Source of the DNA: Anaerolineales bacterium
GTDB taxonomy: Bacteria; Chloroflexota; Anaerolineae; Anaerolineales; E44-bin32
DNA length: 64,000 nucleotides
Reading direction: 5' to 3'
NCBI GenBank assembly: GCA_034430695.1
Contig: DAOUEE010000198.1
Coordinates: forward strand, 739-64,738
In this document: piece by piece, positions 17,771-28,911 of the stretch
Numbering within the stretch: the first letter of the stretch is position 1
Layout of the letters: each line of letters starts with the position of its first letter
Notes under the pieces: generated by a model
What the model was told of the DNA's origin: nothing
Database searches by the model: none
Seen by the model: the letters and a program-made list of their open reading frames with translations, nothing else
Translations under genes and position numbers: made by a program

Positions 17771-20268
17771 TGGCGATTCGATCACTGGAGTGGCCTCACC
17801 TTCCAGGTGAGTGGAGCAGCGCGATCGGGCGTCGAGCGGATGCGCTTTACGATATCGAGGAAGCCACTCTGGATGAGGACGGACTCATAGAGTGCCTCGT
17901 CTTGCCGCTGCGCGACATCGTTTTGTTTCCCAACATGATCACGCCGCTGTTCGTCAGCCAGGATCACTCTCTTTTGGCGATCGAGGAAGTCTCCCGTACC
18001 AATGAGACGATGATCGCCGTGACTCAGCTCGATGCGGAGATCGAAGAACCCGGTTACGTTGATTTGTACGCCGTTGGCGTCGAGGTCGCAGTCGGAAAGC
18101 TGATGCATTTACCCGACGGCACGAGTTCCATCCTTACACAGGGCCGGCGTCGTGTCGAAATTGTCGAGTGTATTCAGGAAGACCCGTACATCAAGGTGCG
18201 TGCACGTCCAATCCATGAGTCGAGTGAACGTACGAAGGAAGTCGTCGCACTCATGCGCGCAGTTCTTACGCTGTTCGAAAAGTGCGTGCAATTGAATACC
18301 ACACTTCCGGAGGAGACCTTCGTCTACGCCGTCAATATCGAGGATCCGGGCTGGTTGGCGGACATGGTGATCTCGTCTTTGAAGCTCGACGTCGCAGAAC
18401 GACAGGATATATTGGAAACCTTCGATCCCTTGGAAAGATTACAGCGTACCAGCGTGATGCTCGGGAGGGAATTGGAAGTCCTGGAATTGGAGGACCAGAT
18501 ATATTCCCGCGTCCAGAGCGAAATGGATCGGTCCCAACGCGAAAACTATTTGCGAGAACAGATGAAAGCCATCCAGACGGAATTGGGGGAAGGCGATATC
18601 TGGACTCAGGAAATCGCAGACATACGCAAGCGCCTGCAGCATTTGACCCTGCCGGAAGAGGTCGAAAAGACCTGTCTGCGAGAGATCCAGCGCCTGAGTC
18701 AAATGCCTCCGATGTCACCCGAGGTGTCCATTCTGCGGTCGTACATCGACTGGCTGATGTCCTTGCCCTGGACTGAATCGACAACGGACAACTTGGATAT
18801 CCAGCACGTGGCCGAAGTATTGGACAGCCAACATTTTGGACTGGAGAAAGCGAAAGAACGGATTCTGGAGTACATCGCAGTCAAAAGCCTCGTGCCTCCC
18901 AAACACCGTCAGCCGATTCTCTGTTTCGTCGGACCGCCCGGAACCGGCAAGACATCGTTGGGTCGATCGATCGCTACGGCGCTGGACCGCAACTTCATCC
19001 GCATCTCCCTCGGCGGGATTCGGGATGAAGCTGAAATTCGTGGCCACCGCAGGACGTATATCGGAGCGCTTCCCGGGAGAATCCTGCAAACCATGCGTAA
19101 GGCGGCGAAAGTCAATCCGGTTTTCATGCTCGATGAAATCGATAAGCTGGGGCAAGATTTTCGCGGCGACCCGGCTGCGGCGCTGCTCGAAGTCTTGGAT
19201 CCGGAACAGAATCACGCTTTCTCCGATAACTATCTTGAAATTCCCTACAACCTCGCAAATGTGCTTTTCATCACCACCGCGAACACCGTCGAACCGATCC
19301 CTCCGGCGCTGCTCGATCGATTGGAAGTGATTGAGTTCCCGGGGTACATCGAAGAGGAGAAGGTGATCATCGCCCGCAAGTTCCTCGTGGTGCGAAAGTT
19401 GGAACAAACCGGTTTGATTAACGAAGGAATACGCTTCCTGGACGATACCATTCGGACGATCATCCGCGAATACACCTGGGAGGCAGGCGTCCGCAATCTG
19501 GAACGCGAGATTGGAAAGATTTGCAGGAAGATCGCCAGACAAAAGGTCGAGGGGAAGAAAATCCCGAAACGAATCACAAAGTCCACGGCTACTCGTTTGT
19601 TGGGACCTCCACAAATCACGCCTCACGAAGCGGACCGGGAAGATCAAATCGGTGCGGCAATGGGGTTGGCATGGACCGAAAATGGAGGGGACAGCCTGAC
19701 GATCGAAGCCCTGCTGTACGAGGGAAAGGGAAATCTGCAGATTACCGGCCACATCGGGGAGATCATGCAGGAATCCGCTCAGGCTGCGTTTTCGTTTATC
19801 AAGAGCCGGGCTGAAGTGTTGGAGATATCCGCAGATGATTTCGAGAAGAAGGACATCCACATTCATGTTCCCGAGGGAGCTATCCCCAAAGACGGGCCGA
19901 GCGCTGGAATCACCATGGCGACGGCCGTGGCTTCGGCGCTGACGGGACGTCCGGTACGGCACGATGTCGGCATGAGCGGCGAGATCACGTTGCGTGGACG
20001 GGTGCTCCCGATCGGCGGCGTTCGAGAGAAAATGCTGGCTGCATATCGGCTCAAGTTGAAGATGGTGATCATTCCGGCGAAAAACGAGAAGGATTTGATC
20101 GAAATCCCCCGCAGCGTCCGTTCCGCATTGGACATTCGTTTCGTGGACAACATGGACGAAGTGTTCGCGCTTGCGCTCCAGCCGGCAGAGAGTGCGCGGA
20201 AGCGTGGTGGCGCTCGAAGGAGTAAAATCGTGCAAGACCAGCGTCCCAGCACTCCGGCGGGTCATTGA
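17767..20268 (+). CDS. lon: ATP-dependent Lon protease
   Basis: LON N-domain, [15 protein letters not shown], catalytic PKDGPSAG and GVREK. Overlaps the folC stop. Confidence 0.97.
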   Translation: MMAIRSLEWPHLPGEWSSAIGRRADALYDIEEATLDEDGLIECLVLPLRDIVLFPNMITPLFVSQDHSLLAIEEVSRTNETMIAVTQLDAEIEEPGYVDLYAVGVEVAVGKLMHLPDGTSSILTQGRRRVEIVECIQEDPYIKVRARPIHESSERTKEVVALMRAVLTLFEKCVQLNTTLPEETFVYAVNIEDPGWLADMVISSLKLDVAERQDILETFDPLERLQRTSVMLGRELEVLELEDQIYSRVQSEMDRSQRENYLREQMKAIQTELGEGDIWTQEIADIRKRLQHLTLPEEVEKTCLREIQRLSQMPPMSPEVSILRSYIDWLMSLPWTESTTDNLDIQHVAEVLDSQHFGLEKAKERILEYIAVKSLVPPKHRQPILCFVGPPGTGKTSLGRSIATALDRNFIRISLGGIRDEAEIRGHRRTYIGALPGRILQTMRKAAKVNPVFMLDEIDKLGQDFRGDPAAALLEVLDPEQNHAFSDNYLEIPYNLANVLFITTANTVEPIPPALLDRLEVIEFPGYIEEEKVIIARKFLVVRKLEQTGLINEGIRFLDDTIRTIIREYTWEAGVRNLEREIGKICRKIARQKVEGKKIPKRITKSTATRLLGPPQITPHEADREDQIGAAMGLAWTENGGDSLTIEALLYEGKGNLQITGHIGEIMQESAQAAFSFIKSRAEVLEISADDFEKKDIHIHVPEGAIPKDGPSAGITMATAVASALTGRPVRHDVGMSGEITLRGRVLPIGGVREKMLAAYRLKLKMVIIPAKNEKDLIEIPRSVRSALDIRFVDNMDEVFALALQPAESARKRGGARRSKIVQDQRPSTPAGH

Positions 20269-20330
20269 GTGACGCAAGAGCGTCCATTCGGATGGTCTTG
20301 CCGGGGAACAGGCAGGGTAGTCGACTCGTG

Positions 20331-21230
20331 ATGCGTTCATCTATCGTCCGATGTATACTCTTCTTCGTCGTCTCGACGCTTGTGTTCGCGTCGTGTACCC
20401 GTTCGTCAGTGCCGCTGGATCGCATCGAGACGAAAGTCGCCTCGATCACCCCTCAAATGACGGTAGAAGCGACGGAAAATCCCTCACCTCCTCCCCAATC
20501 CGGCCTGTTCGCCGTCGTATGGGTGAATGCAGACGAGCCTCTCATCGCTCGCAATCCGGCCGGTTTATCGGGCGCAGCCATAGGGCAGCTTGCCTACGAT
20601 CAACGTGGCCTGGAATTGACCGGGGCGAGTACGGGCCTGGGCAGTTCGGTCTGGGTGGAGACTAGGCTTCCATCCGGAGGGACGGGCTGGGTCAATTCCT
20701 GGTATCTCACGGAAGACGTTTCCTCTGCGGGTTTTTGCGACGACACACGCGTGCTGCAAGCAATAGACGTGGTCGGCCAGGCCGTTCAGGAGAGAAGCGG
20801 ACAGAAACTCGCCGAGATCAGTAACCCTGCCCGAGGTTTGATTCTTCGGCATAATTGGTGGAATCCGGAGATCGCCGTTCCCCTGAATTCATTGTCGAAC
20901 ATCTATCAAGATCTCACCGAAATCGATTGGGGTGTTCAGGGGGGGAGTGAATTTCCGATCCAGGGTTCGTTTCAGAACGTTATCGCTCCACAACTGGAGG
21001 ACGTGTTTACTCGTTCGCCGGAAATTGGTTGTAACGAACTACGCGTCGGGGATACCACGCGGGAGATCGTCTGGCCGGACGAGTACGTGAACATCAATTT
21101 CTATTCGGTATATCGGCCGGTACCCGAAGGGGGCAGCGAGTTCGATTGGCGTACCTGGGTCTTGGGTTTCGAGTACATCGATGCGCAGCCGTACCTGACC
21201 CTCCTGGTTCAATACCGCGGTGAAATTTGA
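20331..21230 (+). CDS. Lipoprotein with an SH3b-like domain
   Basis: Lipobox VFAS-C, Thr/Pro linker, then LIARNPAG...WVETRLPSGGTGWVNSWYL (SH3-like). Confidence 0.6.
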   Translation: MRSSIVRCILFFVVSTLVFASCTRSSVPLDRIETKVASITPQMTVEATENPSPPPQSGLFAVVWVNADEPLIARNPAGLSGAAIGQLAYDQRGLELTGASTGLGSSVWVETRLPSGGTGWVNSWYLTEDVSSAGFCDDTRVLQAIDVVGQAVQERSGQKLAEISNPARGLILRHNWWNPEIAVPLNSLSNIYQDLTEIDWGVQGGSEFPIQGSFQNVIAPQLEDVFTRSPEIGCNELRVGDTTREIVWPDEYVNINFYSVYRPVPEGGSEFDWRTWVLGFEYIDAQPYLTLLVQYRGEI

Positions 21231-21351
21231 AGGCTTTGATAATATCTCCGTCCCCCCGTCCGATTCTGGACTCCGCACGCCGTTTGAATCCCGTGGCTGC
21301 CTGCATCGAAGCACAAGGCTGATCCATCTTTTATCGGAAGTCCGGCGTCCG

Positions 21352-24300
21352 TCACTGGGGGGAAGACTCTTCGTCCGTATCGGTCTGTAAGGCCCAAAGG
21401 ACTTCTTCGAGCCGCTCCATCCACTTCGAATCGTCCCGGCGCGACAGCCATAACCCGCGTTTACTCTGGCGCAGATCGTCCGCAGCGATGGGCAACTTGC
21501 GCGGCTCTTCGGACGGGGGCATCTGCAGCAGGATCTGCCCATTTTGAACCGAGATGCTTTCGACGCCTGCACGCATAGCCAGGCTGCGCAGGCGCAGTTG
21601 ATAAACCAAATTTTCGACCTCGACCGGCGGCGGGCCAAACCGATCCTGCAACTCCGCGGTGAGTGCTTCGATGCTGTCCAGCGTACGCACGTCCGCCATT
21701 CTTCGATAGAGTCGCAGACGCAGATCGCGATCATCGATGTAGTCCGTGGGTATCGCCGTGGGCAGCGGCAAATCGATGAAAACCGGAAGGAATTCAGCCG
21801 CAAGTGGGACTTGCAGGCGTTGTTTGTCATCCCACTCATATTCGGCTTTCAGGCGCCTGACTGCGTTGGAGAGCAAACGCGTGTAGAGATGGAATCCTAT
21901 GCTGGAGATGTGTCCGTGCTGCCGAGTGCCCAGGATGTCGCCTGTGCCGCGGATTTCGAGATCCCGCATGGCGATCGAGTACCCCGCACCCAGCTCCGAG
22001 TAATCGGCAATCGTGTCCAATCGCTGACGTGCTTCTTCGGTCGTGCGCTGGCGCGGGTGGCGGAAGAAATATGCATATCCCTGGGAAGCCCCTCGCCCGA
22101 CGCGTCCCCGAATTTGATACAACTGTGCCAGCCCGAACCACTCCGAGCGGTCGATAATCAGGGTATTGGCGTTGGGAATATCGAGACCGGATTCGATGAT
22201 CGACGTGCTCAGGAGGACGTCGATATCGCCGCTGGCGAACTCGTCCATCGCCGAAGCAAGCTGAGCTTCGGGCATACGACCGTGTGCGACGGTGATCGTC
22301 GCCTCCGGGACGAGCTCCTGCAGACGTTTGTGAACGGCGTTGATGGTTTGCACGCGGTTGTGTACGAAATACACTTGTCCGCCGCGGTCGATTTCGCGCA
22401 AGATCGCTTGCCGGATCAACCGAGGTTCGTAAGGACCGACGTGGGTGATCACCGGAAGACGTTCTTCCGGCGGCGTGTCGATCGTGGATATGTCCCGCGC
22501 ACCGGTTATGGCCAGATAGAGCGTCCGCGGGATGGGTGTGGCGGTCATCGTCAACGTATCCACTTCGGTTCGCATTAATTTAAAGTGTTCTTTGTGCGTG
22601 ACGCCAAAACGTTGTTCTTCGTCGATGATCAACAGGCCGAGATCGTGGAACTCGACGTCCCGCTGAAGCAACCGGTGGGTTCCGATGATGATGTCGATTT
22701 TGCCCGAACGTAGGCGTTCGATGATCTCGGCTGCTTCCTGCCGGGAACGGAAGCGGGAAAGCATTTCAACTTCGACGGGAAAAGCCGACAATCTTCTGCG
22801 GAAGGTGTTGTAATGCTGCTGGGCGAGTACGGTCGTCGGGACGAGCATGGCGACTTGTTTTCCGTCCATGACGGCTTTAAATGCCGCTCGCAATGCGACT
22901 TCCGTTTTCCCGTAACCAACATCGCCGCATATCAGGCGATCCATGGGCATGTTCGACTCCATGTCCTGCTTCACGGCTAGAAGCGCCCGCTTCTGATCTT
23001 CCGTTTCGATGTAGGGGAATGATGCTTCGAGTTCCTGTTGCCAGGGTGTGTCCGGCGAGAAGGCGTGTCCTTCGATCGTGTGACGTTTGGCGTAGAGCTG
23101 CAGCAAATCGCGTGCAATTTCCTCGACGGCAGCCTTGACCTTGCTCTTCGCTTGTTCCCAGGATTGGTTGCCCAGGCGAGTGGGTGTCGGAGGTGATCCG
23201 TCGGCGGAAATGTAACGCGAGATGCGGTCGGCTTGATGGATGGGAACGTACAATTGATCGCCGCCATCGTATTCGATCAGGATGAACTCGCGTTGAATTC
23301 CGTCCAACGTGCGATCGACTAGACCGCCGAATCGTCCGATACCGAAATCGACGTGTACGACCCAATCCCCGGGCTGCAGTTCCGCGTAGGCGTTTTCCGG
23401 CGCCTTGGCGACTCGCTTCGGACGTACGCGTGGTTTCGGTTTTGCCCAACCGAAAATTTCCGCATCGGTGAGTAGATGGAGAGGCGCTTTATCCGCCGTC
23501 TTTAGAATCCAACCTTCGGACAGGGCGCCGTGGATGAAATGAATATCGCCGGGCGTCAAATCCGCAATGAGTCCATCATGCACCGGTTCGGGGGCGTGGT
23601 CCTGTGACCACATTTCTGCCAAGCGTGGCGCCTGGCGGCTGATCGTCACGCCAGATTCGTGACGGAGAACGATCCCGGCGAAGTAGTCCATCAAGGGTTT
23701 TAATTGCCCGCCGAAGCGGCGTTCCGCCGTGAAAGCATCGCCGAGGTCGATTTCCACATTCCGCTCTGCGGCGATCTGGCCGAGATTGACTGCGTTCAAA
23801 TCGTCCAACTTCTCACCCATTTCGTCGAGGGTGAGATAGGGTCGAGGCGCGTCGTCTCCCCGGAGTCCCTCACCGATTTGATCCTGGCGCAGACTAAGCG
23901 CTTGTTCTTCGAGTTCAGTGACGGCGTCATCGAATGCGATACGATCAAAATTGAGGATCACGGCCTCATCCGGGACATAATCCAGAAGACCCGTCGGCGA
24001 AGGGTTCATGCGGGGCAGGAAATACTCGAGCCAGCGATGTTTTTCGGGATCTTCGACCGGCGTCGCCATCTGGAGCAAATCGTCCCAGGCGGGGCGATAG
24101 GCAAGCGGTAAGCCCTCTCTTGCCGGCGTGATGCGGACTTGTGGTACGACGGCGACCGAACGTTGTGTGGAGGGATTGAACATGCGGATCGATTCAATCT
24201 GGTTGCCAAAGAATTCGATACGGGCGGGAAGCGATTGTGCGGGAGGCCAGAGATCGACGATGCCGCCCCGGCGGCTGAATTGCCCCGGTTGTGTAACCAG

Positions 24301-24840
24301 ACTTTCATGCGTGTAGCCAACTTCCAGCAGATACCTCGCCGTCTGATCGAGGTCGACGCTGTCGTCGACCCCGATCTTTCGACAGTGTCCCAAAAAACAC
24401 TGCGGCGTCAGCGTTCTCGTCATCGCTGCCCGGGCTGTGGATAGGACGATCAGGGGTTTCGCAGACGAATCCCAATGATCGTCCGGGACCTGAAACTCCT
24501 CCGTCAAAGCAGAGAGGACTGTCAGGCGGCGACGAATGGTCCGATCGGACCATGGATTGGGTTCATAAAACATGGGGTTCGGATCGGGGAAAGTCAGGAC
24601 GTTGAGGTCGGGGCACCAGGCGGCGATCTCCTCGGATAACGTAAGCATCCGGTCCGCCCGGGCAACGAGAACGACGAACGTCCGTTTCAAATCATCTGCG
24701 AGCGAAGCGATCAAGGCGGCGCGTGCGGAGCGTGGAATGTGTAACGATCCGTAGATCGACTCGTCCTCGAACAATTTTTGAAGGAGGGTCTGATAACCCG
24801 GAAGGGTACGTATTCGTTTCGAAAGACCCGTTAGATTCAT
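21352..24840 (-). CDS. mfd: Transcription-repair coupling factor
   Basis: RRGGIVDLW, CarD-like [45 protein letters not shown] domain. Confidence 0.97.
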   Translation of the reverse strand: MNLTGLSKRIRTLPGYQTLLQKLFEDESIYGSLHIPRSARAALIASLADDLKRTFVVLVARADRMLTLSEEIAAWCPDLNVLTFPDPNPMFYEPNPWSDRTIRRRLTVLSALTEEFQVPDDHWDSSAKPLIVLSTARAAMTRTLTPQCFLGHCRKIGVDDSVDLDQTARYLLEVGYTHESLVTQPGQFSRRGGIVDLWPPAQSLPARIEFFGNQIESIRMFNPSTQRSVAVVPQVRITPAREGLPLAYRPAWDDLLQMATPVEDPEKHRWLEYFLPRMNPSPTGLLDYVPDEAVILNFDRIAFDDAVTELEEQALSLRQDQIGEGLRGDDAPRPYLTLDEMGEKLDDLNAVNLGQIAAERNVEIDLGDAFTAERRFGGQLKPLMDYFAGIVLRHESGVTISRQAPRLAEMWSQDHAPEPVHDGLIADLTPGDIHFIHGALSEGWILKTADKAPLHLLTDAEIFGWAKPKPRVRPKRVAKAPENAYAELQPGDWVVHVDFGIGRFGGLVDRTLDGIQREFILIEYDGGDQLYVPIHQADRISRYISADGSPPTPTRLGNQSWEQAKSKVKAAVEEIARDLLQLYAKRHTIEGHAFSPDTPWQQELEASFPYIETEDQKRALLAVKQDMESNMPMDRLICGDVGYGKTEVALRAAFKAVMDGKQVAMLVPTTVLAQQHYNTFRRRLSAFPVEVEMLSRFRSRQEAAEIIERLRSGKIDIIIGTHRLLQRDVEFHDLGLLIIDEEQRFGVTHKEHFKLMRTEVDTLTMTATPIPRTLYLAITGARDISTIDTPPEERLPVITHVGPYEPRLIRQAILREIDRGGQVYFVHNRVQTINAVHKRLQELVPEATITVAHGRMPEAQLASAMDEFASGDIDVLLSTSIIESGLDIPNANTLIIDRSEWFGLAQLYQIRGRVGRGASQGYAYFFRHPRQRTTEEARQRLDTIADYSELGAGYSIAMRDLEIRGTGDILGTRQHGHISSIGFHLYTRLLSNAVRRLKAEYEWDDKQRLQVPLAAEFLPVFIDLPLPTAIPTDYIDDRDLRLRLYRRMADVRTLDSIEALTAELQDRFGPPPVEVENLVYQLRLRSLAMRAGVESISVQNGQILLQMPPSEEPRKLPIAADDLRQSKRGLWLSRRDDSKWMERLEEVLWALQTDTDEESSPQ

Positions 24841-24846
24841 GGCGGT

Positions 24847-25428
24847 TTACAGTGCATTACCGTTGTTCATCGCGGACTGAATGCCTTCCTGAATGAAAAG
24901 CCGGACGCATTCGGCAGCGCGTTTTAATACCAGCGGAAACTCGATCTTTTCATCGGGACTGAAATCTTGCAGCACAAAATCCGCCGGATCCATTTTACCC
25001 GGCGGGCGGCCGATACCGATCCGCATGCGGGGAAAATCTTGGGTTCCGAGTTCGTGGATGATCGAACGCATGCCTCGATGTCCGCCGGATCCGCCGGCAG
25101 GTCGGATGCGGATATTGCCTGTCGGCAGATCCAACTCGTCGTAAACAACGAGCAATTGAGATTCCGGGATGCGGAAGAAACGCACCAGCGCTTCGACGCT
25201 GCGGCCGGAATCGTTCATAAAGGTCTGTGGTTTTGCAAGATAGACTTTCTTCTCATCGAGAAGACATTCTGCAACGGCCGCATTGGATTTCCGCCGTGAA
25301 AACGTGATCTGGAAATCATCGGCAAGCTTGTCGAGCAGCATGAATCCAACGTTGTGCCGGTTTCGGGCGTGTTCTTTCCCCGGATTTCCCAGGCCGACGA
25401 TCAGGAAAGGCGCCGACAGCTTCGTCAT
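24847..25428 (-). CDS. pth: Peptidyl-tRNA hydrolase
   Basis: VGLGNPG, RHNVGF, KPQTFMNDSG, YDELDL, GGSGGHRG, RIGIGRP. Confidence 0.97.
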   Translation of the reverse strand: MTKLSAPFLIVGLGNPGKEHARNRHNVGFMLLDKLADDFQITFSRRKSNAAVAECLLDEKKVYLAKPQTFMNDSGRSVEALVRFFRIPESQLLVVYDELDLPTGNIRIRPAGGSGGHRGMRSIIHELGTQDFPRMRIGIGRPPGKMDPADFVLQDFSPDEKIEFPLVLKRAAECVRLFIQEGIQSAMNNGNAL

Positions 25429-26144
25429 TCGTGCCCTCTCTCGTTCGACGGCTTGGACTCCGTGGCACCTCTCGACCTACGCGAGCGTGGTGAAAGACGT
25501 CGGGAGCGGACGATTCTGCGTAACGAGGTGTAGGCAGCAAAAAGTAAAAGCGACGCGCCGCCGATGTAGCCACCGATTTTCAAGGACTGCAGAACCTTTT
25601 GTGTGCCGCTGCGCCGAGATACGATGACCGGGACGACCGTCGGAGAGGGCGTTTCCGTCGCGGAGAGCGCAGTCGGTGTGGAAGTTGTCTGTTTCTCGAA
25701 TGCGGGCTGCGTTTCGATGGGTGTCGTGTTGCGGACGTGTAAGTTTCGGGCGTAGGCTTCGAGGCGGCTGTCATTTTCCAAGATTACGTAGAGACGCAGT
25801 TGATAATCGCCGTCCGTGATGCCCGTGGTATCCCAGAGCCCCAATCTGCCATCGGTGATCGGGGTTTGGAAATCGTCCACGATCGGGAACCACGTATCGG
25901 TGGGGTCTGGGTCGTAGGCGAAGGATAGCTCGTAGGCCACGAATGCCGGATGCGCAGCAGAACCTTCGATCGTGACCACGCCGTGGATGACTTCACCATC
26001 TTCCGGGCGCGTGATATCCGCAAAGCCCGGGGCTTGTTTGGACGGCCTTCCCGCGATCGAGGAAAACAACACGATCACCGGAAATATCAAATGCACGAGC
26101 GCTTTCGGCATCTTTACCTGAAAAATATCCCTGCGAATCGACAA
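25425..26144 (-). CDS. Secreted/membrane protein with an Ig-like domain, Thr/Pro linker and C-terminal TM plus Arg-rich tail
   Basis: Hydrophobic N-terminus; ITRPEDGEVIHGVVTIEG...WDTTGITDGDYQLRL (bacterial Ig-like). Its stop overlaps the pth start. Start uncertain (26144 or 26111). Confidence 0.65.
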   Translation of the reverse strand: MSIRRDIFQVKMPKALVHLIFPVIVLFSSIAGRPSKQAPGFADITRPEDGEVIHGVVTIEGSAAHPAFVAYELSFAYDPDPTDTWFPIVDDFQTPITDGRLGLWDTTGITDGDYQLRLYVILENDSRLEAYARNLHVRNTTPIETQPAFEKQTTSTPTALSATETPSPTVVPVIVSRRSGTQKVLQSLKIGGYIGGASLLLFAAYTSLRRIVRSRRLSPRSRRSRGATESKPSNERGHE

Positions 26145-26235
26145 TTGGTGAGTTTAACACGTCGGACGATTTCGGTCAACGCGGTAGTTGTGGGATGCTA
26201 TAATCAGGTGCAGTTTGCTTGATTTTATTAAACGG

Positions 26236-26264
26236 TTGACGCCGCAGACAACAATCGGTAGAAT
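26236..26264 (+). promoter_or_regulatory. sigma70-type promoter
   Basis: TTGACG, 17 bp, TAGAAT. A second extended -10 (TGCTATAAT) lies at 26196-26204. Confidence 0.75.
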
Positions 26265-26351
26265 TCGAAACGTGTAAATCGGGGTGCCGACCGATTTGTC
26301 GGGGCACCCTTTTCCTCTGCACGTGAGGTGCGTATGGGAAAAGAGAAGGAA

Positions 26352-26819
26352 ATGGCCGGACAAGATGAGATGCAGGTCGATGCACTCGATTTAACGGGCG
26401 GTACGATCGAGAACCTCGAGGCCGAAGTGGTAAGCGTAACGCAAGGAGGAGCCAACCAGATCACGGCTTCCGACGTCGAACTACGCCAGGGAGGCGTTTT
26501 TCAAGTCGAGGGAGAGCAAGTCACTCTCGATCATGTGGCTGCCGGGACGGTGCGAGGGAATCTCGTCTCCGCAACCGACGGCGGGATCGGTATCGCCGTG
26601 GGTGAGGACGTCAAGCTTTACAACACCCAGGTAGGCGCCACGATAGGCAGAAACGTCGATGCGGAAAACAGCTCTTCGGTCATCCTTCTGGCCCAGGAAG
26701 TCAACGGCACGGTAGAGACGATGTTGGATACGCAGGGGGCGCTGCTGGCCGGCATTGTATCCGGCATCACGATCGGATTGATGCTGCTCATTGGGAGAAT
26801 GTTCACACGACGCCGCTGA
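26352..26819 (+). CDS. 15-residue-repeat beta-solenoid protein with a C-terminal membrane anchor
   Basis: Seven 15-aa repeats (e.g. VSVTQGGANQITASD / VELRQGGVFQVEGEQ), then a TM helix and RRR. SD AGAAGGA before ATG 26352. Confidence 0.75.
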   Translation: MAGQDEMQVDALDLTGGTIENLEAEVVSVTQGGANQITASDVELRQGGVFQVEGEQVTLDHVAAGTVRGNLVSATDGGIGIAVGEDVKLYNTQVGATIGRNVDAENSSSVILLAQEVNGTVETMLDTQGALLAGIVSGITIGLMLLIGRMFTRRR

Positions 26820-26903
26820 TAACAAGGTTCGATACGATCAAGTGACGATAGCATGGAGCGAGGGTAACCCATTCGGGGTGAGAGGCGCTCCGGAGGATCA
26901 AAA

Positions 26904-27569
26904 GTGAGTGAAGTAATACTACATGCAAATAAAAGGACGGCAACCGGCAGGCAAGTCAAAGCGCTTCGCAGGTCGGGAATTCTACCGGCAGTGATGTACG
27001 GGGCGGGAATCGAATCCATGCCTCTCGAACTCGACCAACATGAAACGGCCAAGACGCTTGCGCACGTTGGTGCTTCAACGTTGATTTCACTGAAGGTCGG
27101 GAATACGGCTCACCATGTGCTTCTACGTGAGGTCCAGCGCGATTATATTCGCGGGGACATCCTGCACATCGATTTTCTCAAAGTTTCGATGGACGTGGCA
27201 ATCCGGACCGAGGTCCCGCTCGAGCTGATCGGCGAATCCCCCGCGGTCAAGGAGCTGGGTGGACTTCTCGTAAGTGGTCTGAGCGAGATCGAAGTCGAAG
27301 CGCTGCCCGGGAATCTGCCCGACCGATTCGAAGTGGACATTTCCTCGTTGGTGAACATGGACGACGTGATCACCGTTGCCGATCTCGAAATTGGCGAAGG
27401 CATCGAACTGCTTACGAGTGAGGATGAAGTCCTCGCCAGCATTGTCTACCAGGAAGAGGAAGAGATCGAGGAAGAAGAGGAAGAACTGATCGAGGTCGAA
27501 ATGGAGCCAGAGCTCGTCGAACGTGGAAAACGAGAGGAAGAAGAAGAGTTCGAAGAGGACGAGGAATAA
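26904..27569 (+). CDS. rplY: 50S ribosomal protein L25/CTC (long form, acidic tail)
   Basis: KALRRSGILPAVMYG, REVQRD...ILHIDF, C-terminal CTC domain, Glu-rich tail. Confidence 0.95.
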   Translation: MSEVILHANKRTATGRQVKALRRSGILPAVMYGAGIESMPLELDQHETAKTLAHVGASTLISLKVGNTAHHVLLREVQRDYIRGDILHIDFLKVSMDVAIRTEVPLELIGESPAVKELGGLLVSGLSEIEVEALPGNLPDRFEVDISSLVNMDDVITVADLEIGEGIELLTSEDEVLASIVYQEEEEIEEEEEELIEVEMEPELVERGKREEEEEFEEDEE

Positions 27570-27598
27570 GCGCAGAATACGACAGAAGGGAGAAAATC

Positions 27599-27631
27599 AC
27601 GCGGAGCGGAGGAGTACGCCGCTCCGCGTTT
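27599..27631. terminator. Terminator between convergent rplY and nudix genes
   Basis: ACGCGGAGCGG...CCGCTCCGCGT stem followed by TT. Confidence 0.7.
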
Positions 27632-27632
27632 G

Positions 27633-28211
27633 TCATTCCAGGTCTTCTATCAGGAGGAGTAAGGTTATCGTCAGCAGTGCCGTTGCCCCCCAGATGATCT
27701 CACCTTGGTATGGTTTAAAGTAATATACCGGAATGCTGCCGCCGGATATGGGGTACTCTCGCTGGCGGATTTCCAGGTTATTTTTATCGGCCAGCCATTC
27801 GAGTGAAACACCGAAGACGCTAGCTACCTCGGCACGATTGAGACGGAGATCGTACGGCCAGGGAAAGGTTCCTACGACGGGGGTGATGGCGTACTGCGTT
27901 GTAGTCAGCAGCGCATCGAGCATGCCGAGAACCTCGATGTCTTCCGCTCGAATTCCGATTTCTTCCTCTACCTCGCGCAGCGCCGCCTGCGTAGGATTTT
28001 CGTCTTCTTCGTCGATCGCGCCCCCCGGAAAAGATACCTGTCCGCGATGAGATTCGACGAACTCCGTCCGGCGCGTGAAGAGCAGATGCCAGATGTCCCG
28101 CTCTTGATAAAGCGGCATCAGGACTGCGGCAGGTCTTGCGTCCCATGCGGGGTTTATACTCGGTTGTCGTTGAATGAGACGTTTTCGAAGATGCGCTCGC
28201 AGGTCTCCCAT
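27633..28211 (-). CDS. CoA pyrophosphatase (Nudix, NudL/PCD1 type)
   Basis: AAVLMPL, LLFTRR, HRGQVSFPGG, Nudix box AALREVEEEIG, IIWGATA. Probable start 28211. Confidence 0.88.
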   Translation of the reverse strand: MGDLRAHLRKRLIQRQPSINPAWDARPAAVLMPLYQERDIWHLLFTRRTEFVESHRGQVSFPGGAIDEEDENPTQAALREVEEEIGIRAEDIEVLGMLDALLTTTQYAITPVVGTFPWPYDLRLNRAEVASVFGVSLEWLADKNNLEIRQREYPISGGSIPVYYFKPYQGEIIWGATALLTITLLLLIEDLE

Positions 28212-28234
28212 GAATCCCCTGTCTGTCGTAGATC

Positions 28235-28819
28235 TCAGGTTAATCGGCTTCCGCAGTAGGCACAAGCGGCCTGCTGATGCTGCAGCCATTCCACTTCATC
28301 GGGTTGAACGTTTCCACCGCAGTACGGGCATTTTGCCGGTAGTCTTCCCTCATCGGCAGTATTGACGGCCATCGCCAGTGACAGACCGTGATTGGAAAGC
28401 AGCGTTTGAATTTCGGCCTCGATCGCCTGCGCCTCTTCGATCAATCCGCGCTGGCGAAGCTCGGCGAGTATCCTGCGGCCGATATTGGCCAGCCGAGCGA
28501 CCTGGCCCGTTGAAGCCATCATTTCCAGGCCGTGGCGGATCCGTTCCAGTCCGGTTTCCACGTCATTCGCGGCGATAAAGGCGCGGCCTGCCTGAAAATT
28601 CAGAACGGCTGCTCGTGGGATACTCCGATCTGCAGCGGCATCTGCAATTTCGGTAAATATCACCGCGGCCTCCTGAGGTTTTCCCTGTTCGAGAAGCGAG
28701 TGTGCCATCCGCAGTCTGTCCACGGCGATTCTCGCGGCTCGCTGCCGGAGAGGGCGGCGAGGGCGAGGCGGAAATCTACGAAAGGGCATTACCGGTCGAC
28801 GAAAGCGAGGCATTTTCAT
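28235..28819 (-). CDS. Hypothetical protein: Arg/Pro-rich N-terminus, TPR-like helices, C-terminal zinc ribbon
   Basis: CPYCGG...CAYCGS; helical repeats; SD GGAG. Confidence 0.7.
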   Translation of the reverse strand: MKMPRFRRPVMPFRRFPPRPRRPLRQRAARIAVDRLRMAHSLLEQGKPQEAAVIFTEIADAAADRSIPRAAVLNFQAGRAFIAANDVETGLERIRHGLEMMASTGQVARLANIGRRILAELRQRGLIEEAQAIEAEIQTLLSNHGLSLAMAVNTADEGRLPAKCPYCGGNVQPDEVEWLQHQQAACAYCGSRLT

Positions 28820-28911
28820 ACTCCAGCACGTTTGGTCGTAATTAAGCCTACCAGCGCTATTTTATGACATTGTTTCCGGGTTGTAAAAATCGTGCAAGCT
28901 AATCGGGCGGT

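Noticed and set aside
18715-20340. 541-aa minus-strand ORF
   Set aside because: Antisense shadow of lon; no motifs or RBS.
21039-24444. Long ORFs opposite or off-frame to mfd (e.g. 21544-22578, 21039-21839)
   Set aside because: Shadow frames of a high-GC coding region; mfd explains the sequence.
27450-27569. Glu-rich repetitive tail of L25 as a repeat element
   Set aside because: Acidic tails are normal for long CTC-type L25.
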